This document shows positions 11,865 to 23,249 of a stretch of DNA of 64,000 bases, in pieces. Below the pieces are notes generated by a model. The model was not told where the DNA came from, made no database searches, and saw only the letters and a list, made by a program, of their open reading frames with translations. Positions within the stretch are counted from its first letter, which is position 1, and each line of letters opens with the position of its first letter. This stretch comes from Takakia lepidozioides. Its lineage: Eukaryota; Plantae; Bryophyta. Both the position numbers and the translations under genes were made by a program. Location of the stretch: NCBI GenBank assembly GCA_030704615.1, contig CM060734.1, positions 28,334,001-28,398,000 on the forward strand, read 5' to 3'.

Positions 11865-14727
11865 CTATGTATGGGATGGAACTGAAGGTATCACCCAATG
11901 ATTCTCAGACTTGGAATAAGTCTGAAATCGCATCTGCATCTTTTGCTGCTCAATGTGATAGCGTGAAATGAAACAAGCAGCATAGTATAGTCCACAACCC
12001 ATGACCAAACTAGGTACCTCCTTGGTCTGGGTGTAGATGTACCCATGAACAATCTGGAAGGCAATTAATTCCTTCAGCATGGTGTCTACCTCAGACCAGT
12101 ACCTTGCAAAATGGTGATCTTCAATGGGTCGGTTATACGGAAGAACCTTAGTCCGAGTTGTCACTGGCAACCAAATGCGCATGATCTGGTAATAGTGTGC
12201 CAAAGTCTTTGGAGGACTGAATTCTTTCCAAGCCAAATCCATAACAATGGGAATTTGGTTGAAGGGCATAATCATAGCCCAATTGTACTCAAGTGCAGCA
12301 GGAGTCTTAGGTGGGTTAAAAGAAGCATCCCCCCAAACCTCAGATTGCTGCAGTGTCATGGTATCAACAGTGTCGACATGCTGTGGTTGCTGTGATATTG
12401 GCGCCACTGTCCCTCCTGTTGTTGACAAGTCCTGCACCTCCTATGATGAAGATTGGAAAATCAGAGTCTTCGCGTGCAAATAAGTAGCCATAAGCTGTTC
12501 CTCAGGAACAAAGGTCATTTTGTCAATGTTGATGCTCAAGTCATCAACTTGAGTCTGCAGTCCTTCCACATTATCCTGCAACTCAGTTATCTGACGGTAG
12601 ACATTGTCTATAGTGGTTGTGGCAATGTTCTGTACCCGTAGCCTGAGATCATTCATCTCCTCTTGGGTGAGCTTTCTTGGTGCCTTCCCTTCCACCGGCC
12701 CTTGTGTTAACCACTCTTGCAAAAGATGATTATCCACCAAATCTTGTGTAGCACCCCGGAGATCCTGCTCCTCCTTGAGTCTATATGTTTGCAACTGCTG
12801 CTGTAAACTCTCCATGCGCTTTGCATGAGGTTCAACCAAAGCTACATAGGCAGCAGATAGATTATTGGCTTCCTTCCAGGCCTTGTTAGTCACAGAAAGC
12901 TCATTCTTTCGTGCAGTGAGTGTTTGCTGCAACTCAAGGATGTACCTGTCCTTCTGGGCATCAATCTGACTGTACTGTTGAAAGGTGTCCTCATTGCGAT
13001 GGATAGTAGCCTTCAAGTCAACAATGAGTTTCGCTTGTTCCACTGACTCAGCCTCCACCATTAAACATCTCTTAGCTTGATTCTTAATTTCTAATGCAGT
13101 CAGCTCCAGAATAGTTGTTAGTGTGGCACATTGGATGGTCATTTTCTGATGAACTGCCTTCAACTCTGTATGAAGCAACTTCACTTCCTGCAATTTGTCC
13201 TCATGCTTCACCTACAACTGGTATAGCTGTTGCTTGTGTACTTCATGCAACCTCCTGCTCCAGACCTGCTTCAATCATGTTTTCCTTCGCAAGCTGTAGA
13301 GCAGATTGAGCGTCCTCCAACTCTTTCTGCAACTTAAGGTTGGCCTCCACATCCACCTTATTTGCACACTCAGTGGCAATTATTGCCTCAAACTCTTGCT
13401 TGAGCTCCTCCCTCAACGTTGCCAATTGTGTGGAAGGAACAAGAGATTTCACATAGGTGCCTAACAAATTAAGTGTCATGCTTATGGAACTCATAAGCAT
13501 GGCCTGCTGTGGGTCTTCATGGAGAACTTGCGCTGTTCTCCCTGATCATCCACAGTTCGATGTTTCACAAACCAGTCAGGCCATGATCCCATAGGATCTA
13601 CTTCTCGAGCAATCTCATCCTCCACAGGTGCTGCAGTTCCCTTGTACTCTACCCCTTTAACCTCCGCCACAGGTTTGGGCATAACTTGCACAACAGGGAT
13701 TTCCCTGGGCAGACTCTGCATCTTTGGTACTATTGGTTCTCCGACCATGCCAGAGTTTTCATATAGAAGGTCACCCTTCTCAATTTCTGCCACTACCTGC
13801 TCTGTAGTGGGGATGTCCAACCCCTCTCCCTCCACAACAAGAGGCTCCGGTGTGACAACATGTACAATCTGAGTTACCCCTGGGGCAACCGGGTCAACTG
13901 GCTGTGGTGGCTGTGGTACTGAGGTAACTTCTTCCTCCCTCTCCAAAGGCCGTGCTCCTAGCAATAAAAGCCCCCTGTGCTGCTGCTCCTCATTTTGCAC
14001 AAGAGCTATGGAAACATCATCTTGTGGTTTCCTTGTAGCTAGTGGATCTGTCACTACAGGCATCCCGCTTCTGTCTCTTGGACCGGTGCTGCCCCTCCAA
14101 TCCCTCTTCACCTTGTGAAGAGCCCTGCTCCTCAACTGTAGTTATGGCTGTCTCAAACAGTCCCATCACCTTGCGTTCTCGCGCATCAAGCAAACAAGAG
14201 TCAAAGATAATTTGCGCAATTATTGGGCCAGACACAATGATTGGGGACTTAGCAGTAGTATTTTGTAACCACTTCATCTCCTCCACCAGACCATTGTACA
14301 TCATCTCCGCCCAAGCTACATCCTCTCCTCTCAAGGCTTTCAATACCTCCTCCGTGAAAGATCTGCTAAGGTACTGTTGGTTTTGTTTCATGGCAAACAG
14401 AATGTTCAGTATTTGGCCAATTTCCCTCAACCCTGGATACTCGGCCTTGGTGTAGGTGAATCTCTGGTTCCTAAATAAACTCGTTTCTTGGAACAGGTCC
14501 CCTATTTGCAGTCTTGCCCTGTGCTCATCCACGTTCACATGACCAGACGGCAAATCAAACAGTTGTCGCAAATACTGCGGAGTAACCTCTATATCTACTC
14601 CCTTCACCTGGGTAACTCCTGTCCGAGGCTCAAAGTTCTGGATGAATTGGATCATCAACCCCCGATGATGCAAAGACCACTCTTTGCGTAGCAACCTCTC
14701 CAATCGCAGCTCCTTCAGCAGCTGCAC
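11865..14727 (-). pseudogene. Long extra ORF 3' of pol (~950 codons, broken): plant-transposon-protein-like N-terminus, coiled coil, globular C-terminus
   Basis: ORFs 14017-14727, 13491-14135, 13243-13500, 12441-13211 and 11865-12437 tile the interval, separated by frameshifts or a single TAG. A second copy lies at 27358-28640. Confidence 0.75.
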
Positions 14728-15174
14728 TGCCTACGGTGTAGCGATTGACTGCTTCTGTAGAATCGTCGTGCTATTCACCCTGAGATCCTCCATTCCTCTA
14801 ATTCTCTTCATCCCGAACAAACAAGAAGGCCTTGTTTGGAATAGCTGTAGGAAAGCTTGCAGGGCGTAAAGCATAAAAGTATGGTTGGCACAGAATGGAA
14901 CAAGTAAGTGAGTGTAAGCCTGTGAGGCTTGCAAATAGTGAATGAGAGAGAATGTACTTTCAACCCGTCCGTCCTTGCACCACTGCGTAAGAAGTAGAGC
15001 TAGCGTATAGTCTGTGATATCCGCCATAGCTACAAAGCTATAGCTTTGATTGCCCCTCCCTTCGAGACGTTGGTTATCCGAAGCAACCCCTACTCTTCCG
15101 CTCATAACCTTTTTAATTTCTTGTTCTTGTTTCTTGAATGGAACCACTTGCATAAAATTCACGTTCCTGATTGG

Positions 15175-15528
15175 TCATTGCCTCCTTGGGTAACTTCTCA
15201 ATTTTACCCTCATCCGTTCACATTCCAACTTGAAATGCCCACTAGGACTGCACATGTGGCAAAGGTCCCCCTTTGCCGGACGTGTAAAGGGTTCCGTTAC
15301 CTGCCCTCTGGATGCATTAATGGGCCCGTAATTAGTTTCGGCTGATGTACCGGGTAGGTACTTTGACGGCCCTGTTTGTCTTTTTGCATTATGGCGCCCG
15401 CTATTGCAGTACATGCAATGCGGAGTGCTTTGCCCCATTGGCCACGTGTTTGAATTCAAACACACCGTCTCCCTCTGTCCACGTGGCACATTCTCCGAGT
15501 TTGACTTCCAAACTGCATTTACACTCAC
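15175..15528 (-). CDS. Small ORF with CCHC zinc knuckle(s) between pol and the 3' ORF
   Basis: CHMCSPSGHFKLEC fits Cx2Cx4Hx4C. CMYCNSGRH is a partial second knuckle. Confidence 0.45.
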   Translation of the reverse strand: MSVNAVWKSNSENVPRGQRETVCLNSNTWPMGQSTPHCMYCNSGRHNAKRQTGPSKYLPGTSAETNYGPINASRGQVTEPFTRPAKGDLCHMCSPSGHFKLECERMRVKLRSYPRRQ

Positions 15529-15779
15529 CGGTCACTTCCCTGACGTTAACCCGCGTCCACCTGTCACTGACCCTATGGACTGTGCAACTTGTGTGGGCTG
15601 TGTTGGGCTGTGACAGGCTGTGTCAAGCTGTGGTGAGCCGTGATATGTTGTGTTAAACTGTGGTGGGTTGTGATGGCTGTGTGAACACCCGTGTTTTCTG
15701 CTATGGCCATACACATTCGGCTTTACGACAAGTGTTTCATGCTCCGTTGGTGTTATTGATGTAGTCTGTGACTGCATCT

Positions 15780-18700
15780 GTGTTTCAAGATGCAAATCAT
15801 GTTGCAATAGTCTATCATGGATACCACTGTATCCCTTCAACTTATTGGCATTGACTCTACCAAACATCTCTTTGTTAATGGTTTGTAACATGGCTGTGTT
15901 GTTATCATACATCTTCTGTATGACATAAGGTCCTTTCCATGGTGACTTGAGCTTAGAAGCTTTAATCTTTCACTTCTTCTGCAACCACAGTACCAAATCA
16001 CCTATCTTAAAAGTCTTTAATTTCCCTTCATCAAACTGATCATTCCTCTTCAACTGAATTCTGGTCATGTTATCTGTTGTATCAGCACGTACTTCTTCCA
16101 CATGATATAATTCATGTTTCCTTACTTTGATTGAATCCTCCAATTCCATTCTCCTTCCCCATTCAGTTCTCATAGTAGGTATAAGTATTCCACTGGAAGT
16201 AAAGCTTCCATACCGTAAACTAATTGGAATGGTGTATACTTGGTGGTGACTTTATATGAAGTCCTGTATGACCACAAAGCTGTCAACAACTTTGTATCCC
16301 AGTCTGTTCTGTTTGCATTGACTATCTTAGCCAAGATAGTGCATAGTATTTTGTTGGTGGCCTCTGCCTGCCCATTGCCCTGTGGGTAATAGGTTGTACT
16401 CTTCTTGTGCACAATCATGAACTCTTTAGTCAATAGTTCTATGGTCTCCTTAATGAAATGACTTCCCTGGCCACTGATAAATTCCAGGGGACAGCCAAAT
16501 CTCGTAAGTATGTTCTCATATAGGAACCTTGCTGTGGACTTAGCTGTGTTGTCCCTTAGAGCCTTAGCTTCTACCCACTTTGTAGTATAATTAGTGGTTG
16601 TGATTATATACTTGTTCTGTGTATTCCTGGCTGGTGGATTAATTGGTCCAACAAAGTCTAGTCCCCATTTCTGGAATGGTTCAGTAGGCATCATAGGATG
16701 CAAAGCCATCTTCCCAGATCTTTGCAACGGTCCTAGCCTCTGACACTCATCACAACTCTTGCAATACTTGTGTACATCCTTGAACAAAGTAGGCCACCAG
16801 TAACCTACAAGTAGTATTTTTCTACTGGTAGTCTCCTCTCCAAAATGACCTCCAGCCACTCCTTTATGAACTTCTTTCAAGACTTTATTTACTTCATGGT
16901 GGTACAAGCATCGCTTAAGAACTCCATCAGGTCCTAGCTTATACAATCTTCCACCTATCATAGTGTATGGTAGAGCTTTGATAGCTATTCTTTTCCTCTG
17001 CTCTTTCCCATAACTGGGTGGGCACTGACCATGAGTAAGGTAGTATCTGATTGGCCACTGCCAATCTAACCAATCATCTGCACTTCCCTGCACCTCCACT
17101 GCAAATAAACTCGCATCAGGCAGTTGGTCGTCTACTCCCGTAGCGGGCTCCCCTGTTGATAGCCGTGACAAGTGATCTGCCACAAGATGCAAACGGCCAG
17201 GCTTGTAAACAACTTCGAATTCAAACTCGTGCAAGATTATCAACCATCTTGCTATCTTACCACTTATCAAAGGCTTGTTCACCAGATAAATCAAAGCCCG
17301 ATGATCCACATAAAACATAAACTTTCTTCCCAATAGGTAATGCCTGAATTTCTTGACTGCATAAATCATTGCCAAAGCTTTTCTTTCAGTAGTGCTATAG
17401 TTCCTCTCAGCACTGTTCAACAATCTGCTAGCATAATACATAGGTGAATCTATGTTTCATGTGACATTTTGGGCTAACACAGCTCCCAATGCTTCTCCTG
17501 AGGCATCACAGTGTACATGAAATACCACATGCCAATGCGGGTTAATCAGCACAGGTGTAGTTGTTACTGACAATGTAAGTGCCTCAAATTTCTGTTGACA
17601 TTCAGTTGTCCATGCAAACACTGCATCCTTCTTCAAAAGCTTGCTCAATGGAGCTGCCATCTGTGCATACCGTTTGACAAACCTTCTATAATAAGTAGTT
17701 TGTCTAAAGAACCTCCTTAGACCCTTAACGTTACTTGGTGGTGGTGAGGCTTTGATAGCCTCTGTCTTTCTAGGATCCACAAGCAGTCCCTTCTTACACA
17801 TAATGTGTCCCAGTAGCACCCCTGAGTTCACACAGAAAGTACACTTTTCTGGATTTAGACCAAGACGTCTCATCCTGCAACTGGCCAAACATAACTCCAA
17901 CTTTTGCAAGTGCTCATTCTTAGAGCTATACACACTAAAGTCATCTAAGAACACTTGCATGAAATCATCCACATACTCATGGAAAGATTCACTTATCACT
18001 CTCTGGAAAGTTGCTGGTGCGTTACAAAGTCCAAAAGGCATGACTTTGTATGCATAAACACCCCAGTCTGTGATGAAAGCTGTCTTTCCCTAGTCTTCTT
18101 CCGCTACTTGCACTTGGTTATACCCACTGAAACTATCCATGAATGAGTACATCTCATGGCCTGCCACAGTGTCCAGTACAACTTCTGTAAATGACAAAGG
18201 AAATGGATATTTCTTTGTACAAGCATTCAACTTCTTATAGTTCACACAAACTCTCAGTTTGCCATTCTTCTTGGGAACTATCACAATGGGTGATAGCCAA
18301 GTTGTATACTTTATCGGGTATATGAACTTAGCCTCAACCAACTTCTTGATCTCTTCCCCAACCTTCTGTGCATAGTTGGGATTCATCCTGTACCTTGCCT
18401 GTTTGATTGGTACTGACCCTGGTTCCAGTTCAATCTTATGCTGGCACATCTCAGGTGGTATCCCCTTTAGATCTTTAGAGCTCCAAGCAAATACATCTTT
18501 GTATTTGATAAACAAGCTCTTAGCTTCCGCAAAGAATTCTGGCTCCAAATCAGCCCCTACTTTCACCATTCTTCGTTCCTCCTCAGTTCCCACATTCACT
18601 TCTCTTACCTGCTCTTCAGCTGTGATTGTCCATCCAGCCGCTACTTCATCCTAAATACTCACAGTGGCTGGTTCTTCTAGGATTTCTATTTCTCCCTCTC

Positions 18701-20450
18701 TTTCTTCATAGAAATGTGGTGGGTAACTACTTGTTTCCCCCTCAATTGGTGTTGTTGTTACTGCACCACAACAGATACCTTTAAAGCAACTCAGGCCTCC
18801 CAGTTGCATTTCTGCAACCTGCTCCCACTCTGGGTGTGCAGCAAACAGGGTAGCTTCCTGCTCCTCATCAAGTCCTCCCCTCCAGTCATACTCTCTGACT
18901 CCACGAGGTCTTCTGGTAGCAGGTAGCCTACTAGATTTCTTAGTGGTGACCTGTATCTTGTGCTTCCCATCATGCACAGTCAGTAACTGGGAATTCCAGT
19001 CATGGAATACCCTGGCCTGTTTCAGCCATGGTCGACCCAGCAATAAGGAGTAAGCTTCCATGACATCATCCATTTTCAACACAGTCACTGTGATCTTAAA
19101 GATCATCTTCTGAATCTGTATCTTAACTCCTCTTATCAAGCCTAATGGCTGTACACTCCTTTGATCTGCCATTGTTACTGTGAATGGAGCTGGTTTCATG
19201 TTACTTAGACCAAGCTTCTGCCTTAATTGGTCTGTCATAATATTCTCTCTTGAGCCTCCATCTATCAGTACATCAGTCAAGTCTGTGCTTCCAATTCTCA
19301 ATTGGATTACTGGCATAGAATCATCAAAGTCCATGACTGTTTCTCGCCCTTCAGGCTTCACATTATAACTGGTCACCTTACTATTCAGGTCTGTGTTCTC
19401 TGTCACATGAGCAATCTGATTGATTGCTTGATACAACCTATGTCTACAATGGGGTGCCACAGCCAATAGCTGCCCAATTATGATCTCAGCTTTGGTCTGG
19501 CATATTACTTCAGCCAAAGTCCCTTCATTATCCCACACTTGTGAAGCCTCTTGCTTCACTTCCTCTTCACCTTCTTCATCTTCTCTTTCAGAGTCAGAAG
19601 AATTTGCCATAGGGATATCAGTATCCTTTTGTATTTCCCTTATGGTATCAGCCACTTCCTTGTGCAGCTCCTTCTCATCTCTCCAAGCCTCATCATCTTC
19701 AGGCAAATCACTGCCATCTTTATTAACATCTTCTTCCTCATCCACTGGAGGTATTAGTTTAGCTTTGCTTCTGGTAACTATCATTGTACTTACTTCTGGT
19801 ACAAAACATGGCCTAACCATGTGAGCTGCCACCACTGGGCCCTCATTCACAGGAGCTCTCATCTCATTTTGGGGTCTGATCCAGAATGGATAGGCTGCTT
19901 TGCGATGTCCTGCCTGGTTACAATAGTAATACAGTTCTTCACCATTGGGTCCTCACCCTTGGTCTAGTCTGGGATTATTTCTATAATCCTGATTCCCTGG
20001 CTGGTAATTCCCCCTTGGATTACTCATCTAACTCAACTGAAGTGGTGTTGGAGAGTCTGAACTCTCCGTTGGCTCTGCCACATCTTCCTCTCCTTCTTTG
20101 TCTTGTGATTCAGATTCTGGAGTTCCTGCTTTTGGTGTTCCATGCCAACTCTGATCAAAGATTTCTGTCAAATCTTTAATCCAAGGATGTACCTCAGATC
20201 TTTCCCCTTGTGGCTGATCTTCTTCCTGTATCAAATCCCTTAATCTTTCTTGTAAATAATAAGAAGGAGTGGCATCCAACTCTGGTTCTTCCGGTATGGG
20301 TGATGTACTCTCTGGTCTTAATGGTGTGAGAGGTCCAGATGATTCCCCTATGTCTATTCCTCTCTCCCAAAGATATGGATAATTAGTTTTCAAATATTTT
20401 TTTTTTTTTGCTGAATATCTGTGGAGTCTAGCTTCTTTTTCATCATTCAT
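15780..20450 (-). pseudogene. gag-pol polyprotein (gag with a ~1.3-kb internal deletion, protease, RT, RNase H, integrase)
   Basis: Protease VLIDGGS and LLLGRPWL. RT MPFGLCNAPATFQR and VFLDDF. RNase H HCDASG and NYSTTER. Integrase HHCC, WGLDFVGP and YPQGNGQAE. Several stops and frameshifts. Confidence 0.95.
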
Positions 20451-20470
20451 GTCCCATGTCTTTCATATCT

Positions 20471-21004
20471 TTAATGAGGCAATAACCAAAACTCTCTTCT
20501 GTAGTATCTCTCATATATGCCTGGATTTCTTTCAAGCTTTAATGCACCCTTGGCTATACTAGAAGACTCCGTTACCATATAACCATATGGCAAGCACGTC
20601 TGGAAAGTTGTTCTTGGTGTAAGTTTGATCCACAGGATATCCTTAGGAATCCAATTCTTTACCAGTACAAGTTCTTCATGCATATGAGTGTAAACATTCA
20701 CTTTCCGTTCCTCCCAGCTTTCAAACTCCACTCGTTTAATGGATAGCAATGCTATCACATAAACCAGTGTTGGTAACCAACTTGCTCTCCCTCTACAGGC
20801 CACTTGATGAATCTTTATCACTCCCTTCTCCAGACCCCACTCAGGATCAGCATCATGCACTCTCTTAAGAATGTTTTCTTTGCAACCGTCTGGCAATTCC
20901 AAGAATCTCTGAAAGAATTGTTTGGACAATATTTCTTTCTCAGTTCCACAGGGAATTTGTTTCACATCAAATCTTTGATTCTCCAACCACCATGATCCCA
21001 CCAC
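20471..21004 (-). CDS. Extra 5' ORF between PBS and gag, unknown function
   Basis: Open in both family copies (also 35151-35645), with near-identical protein and visible synonymous changes. Confidence 0.7.
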   Translation of the reverse strand: MVGSWWLENQRFDVKQIPCGTEKEILSKQFFQRFLELPDGCKENILKRVHDADPEWGLEKGVIKIHQVACRGRASWLPTLVYVIALLSIKRVEFESWEERKVNVYTHMHEELVLVKNWIPKDILWIKLTPRTTFQTCLPYGYMVTESSSIAKGALKLERNPGIYERYYRREFWLLPH

Positions 21005-21037
21005 ATGCCTGTCACATCTGGTTGTTCTCGACTCAGT

Positions 21038-21057
21038 TCCCCGGTATGGTCGCCAAA
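21038..21057 (-). promoter_or_regulatory. Primer binding site
   Basis: TTTGGCGACCATACCGGGGA directly follows the 5' LTR and resembles the Athila-type TGGCGCCGTTGCCGGGGA PBS. Confidence 0.85.
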
Positions 21058-21918
21058 TGTCGAGCGGCTTTTACTCACCCATCCCTTCGCTATCCGAGGT
21101 GGAAACTCCAAGATAGAAGAGTTGGATATCTCTAAGCACTCAGCCTGCTCAGAACAATCAGTCATGACCTACAGCTAGTGTATCATGGGGTGTACTTCCT
21201 ATTTGTATTCTTTCTCACATTCATATTAGCAAGTTACCTTACTGTCTATGTTTAAGTATCAGATTGCTTCAGCAATCTGCCAGGTTCCAATCACTCATCC
21301 ATTCATTCCACAACTTCACTCAGGTCTCTCTACACAGTGTGAGTATGGAATATGTATCAGATTAATATCTATCAAGTATCAGGCCGAAGCCATGGTGTCT
21401 CTAATCTGCTCTACAGCTCCAGGTCGTCTTTCTCTCCCTGATGACCAAGTTGTTCTCCCCCCCAAGAAGTGTCCCCCTGTTGCTGCTACTCTGCCTAATT
21501 TATCTGCAAGCTGTTCTAACCGCCTAACTAACTAATTGTCATTCAAGACAGAATGCACGTTCTCTCTGCAGATGTCGTTCCCACATAGTCATTCCCTACC
21601 AATAATAACTGTTCCCTGTGAATGTCGTGACGGCTGTGTCGCACTGTGTCGGGTTGTGACTGTGCCGAGCTGTGACTGACTGTGTCGGCCTGTGTCGGCC
21701 TGTGATAGACTGTGATAGGCTGTGTAAGGCTGTGACAAGCTGTGTCAGACTGTGACAAGCTGTATCTAACTGTGTAAGACTGTGACTGACTGTGTAAGCC
21801 TGTCTACCACCCCTAAGGCCTGTGTTGGTCTAAGTCTACCATCCGTAAGTCTGCGCAAAAATTAAGGGTACCCCACAGAACCCGTAAAACTGTGTAAGTC
21901 CCAGACAGCCCTCTAACA
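21058..21918 (-). repeat. 5' LTR (861 bp)
   Basis: Direct repeat of 10788-11732 with an internal deletion near 21417. Confidence 0.95.
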
Positions 21919-22429
21919 GGGGGTGTTCAACTTCAAGCTTAGGAGAACTAGGAGTGAAGAGAGAGATCTGATTTCTCTTTTGTGCAAGATAGTGCATTTG
22001 TAGAGCATGCTTTGAGTTGGGGTTTCAATCTCAAGCTTGGGAAGAGCATGTTTATGGAAGTGTCAAGTGCAAGGCTGGAAGATGAGCTCTAAGGGATGCA
22101 CTATGGCCATGGAAAGGAGCATTATGAGTGCATACAAAGGTTAGAAGAAGGTATGTCATAAAAAGCTCAATAGCTTGTTCTATGCTTGTTTCAATGAGTT
22201 CCATGGAGAAAGATAGCTTGTTGTGTGGCAAATAGCTTGCTTAGGGAGTTAGGGGCACTCTTGGTGGTCCATTGACTCGCCTTCTAACAGACACAGATAA
22301 CATGAAGGCCACCACATTCCCTATTCCCCCCTCCCAACCCATTACCCTTCGTCTCTACCCTCACTTAAATTCATCCAAAACATGGTCTAGAATGCTCGAC
22401 CGTCGACCCACCCCCCCTTATCATATTAT

Positions 22430-23050
22430 TTGTTCACACCGAACCTCCGATATCCCAGACGGATCTCCCTATCAGATACCCACCTACCCACTCCCACTAC
22501 ACCGTCGGATCCCTCATCGCAGGTCCCAGGGCTGGGTATGGTATCTATCACGCTGCTACCAACCAAGGCACTTCCCTACGTCTACCTGGCCCGGCTACCA
22601 TCCTCCGGGCCGAGCTCATGGCCATACACGATGCCCTCACCCAGCTCTCCTCATTCCCCCCACCCCACTATATTTTTACCGATAGTCTTACATCACTCTT
22701 TCTCATCCGCAATCACCTCCATCGACCCTCCTCTCATCACTACCACTCTGACCGGAATCTAATCGTTGCCATCGTTCATATAGCCATCTCCATAAACCAA
22801 CCCATCCATTTCCTTAAAGTTCGCTCCCACACCAGCATAAATGGCAACAAAATGGCTGACTTCCTTGCCCAACGAGAGGCTACCCAGCCCGAGGTGGATC
22901 CTACGTTGGATCCCATCCATGTTGCCCATACCCACCCATTCTGGTTCATCCACCCCGTCCCAGGCCCCATGGAACCTCGCCCTATCCGCAACCTCTCAAC
23001 CACCCTCACTCGCAAAGCTAGCAAGCAAGCCTCGTCCTCTGTTAGCCACA
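22430..23050 (+). pseudogene. RNase H fragment of a non-LTR retrotransposon (LINE)
   Basis: DGS ... RAELMAIHDAL ... IFTDSLTSL ... KVRSHTSINGNKMAD carries the RNase HI D-E-D-H-D motifs. Confidence 0.8.
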
Positions 23051-23249
23051 CTAAGCTACACCTTCGCTCTCTGTTACGTCTCCTCCTCTCCGGAACAAGT
23101 CGTCCTCCTCAAGAAGTGATCCTCTTCTTGTTGCCGCCCTGCCTAATCTACCCGCAAGTTGTTCTAACCACCTAACTAACTAACCGTCACCCTTGAAGTA
23201 ACACGTTCCCTCTGCAGATGTCGTTCCCACACAGTCAATCCCTGTCAAT

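Larger units (their letters stand above)
10788..21918 (-). mobile_element. Full-length but decayed non-chromovirus Ty3/Gypsy LTR retrotransposon (Athila/Tat-like), 11.1 kb
   Basis: Two TG...CA LTRs. 5-bp TSD GGGGG at 10783-10787 and 21919-21923. PBS and PPT present. Domain order PR-RT-RH-INT with no chromodomain. Confidence 0.95.
10148..22270. repeat. LTR-like host sequence (10148-10787 and 21924-22270) split by the Gypsy insertion
   Basis: Begins TGTCATGG where the integrase fragment stops. Composition is continuous across the GGGGG TSD. Confidence 0.4.

Noticed and set aside
11865-14727. Calling the 3' ORF an envelope gene
   Set aside because: No signal peptide or transmembrane stretch is evident; only its position is env-like.
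17930-19270. RT FLDD and protease DGG as inactivating mutations
   Set aside because: FLDD is in all three RT copies and DGG in both proteases that retain the site, so these are lineage features.
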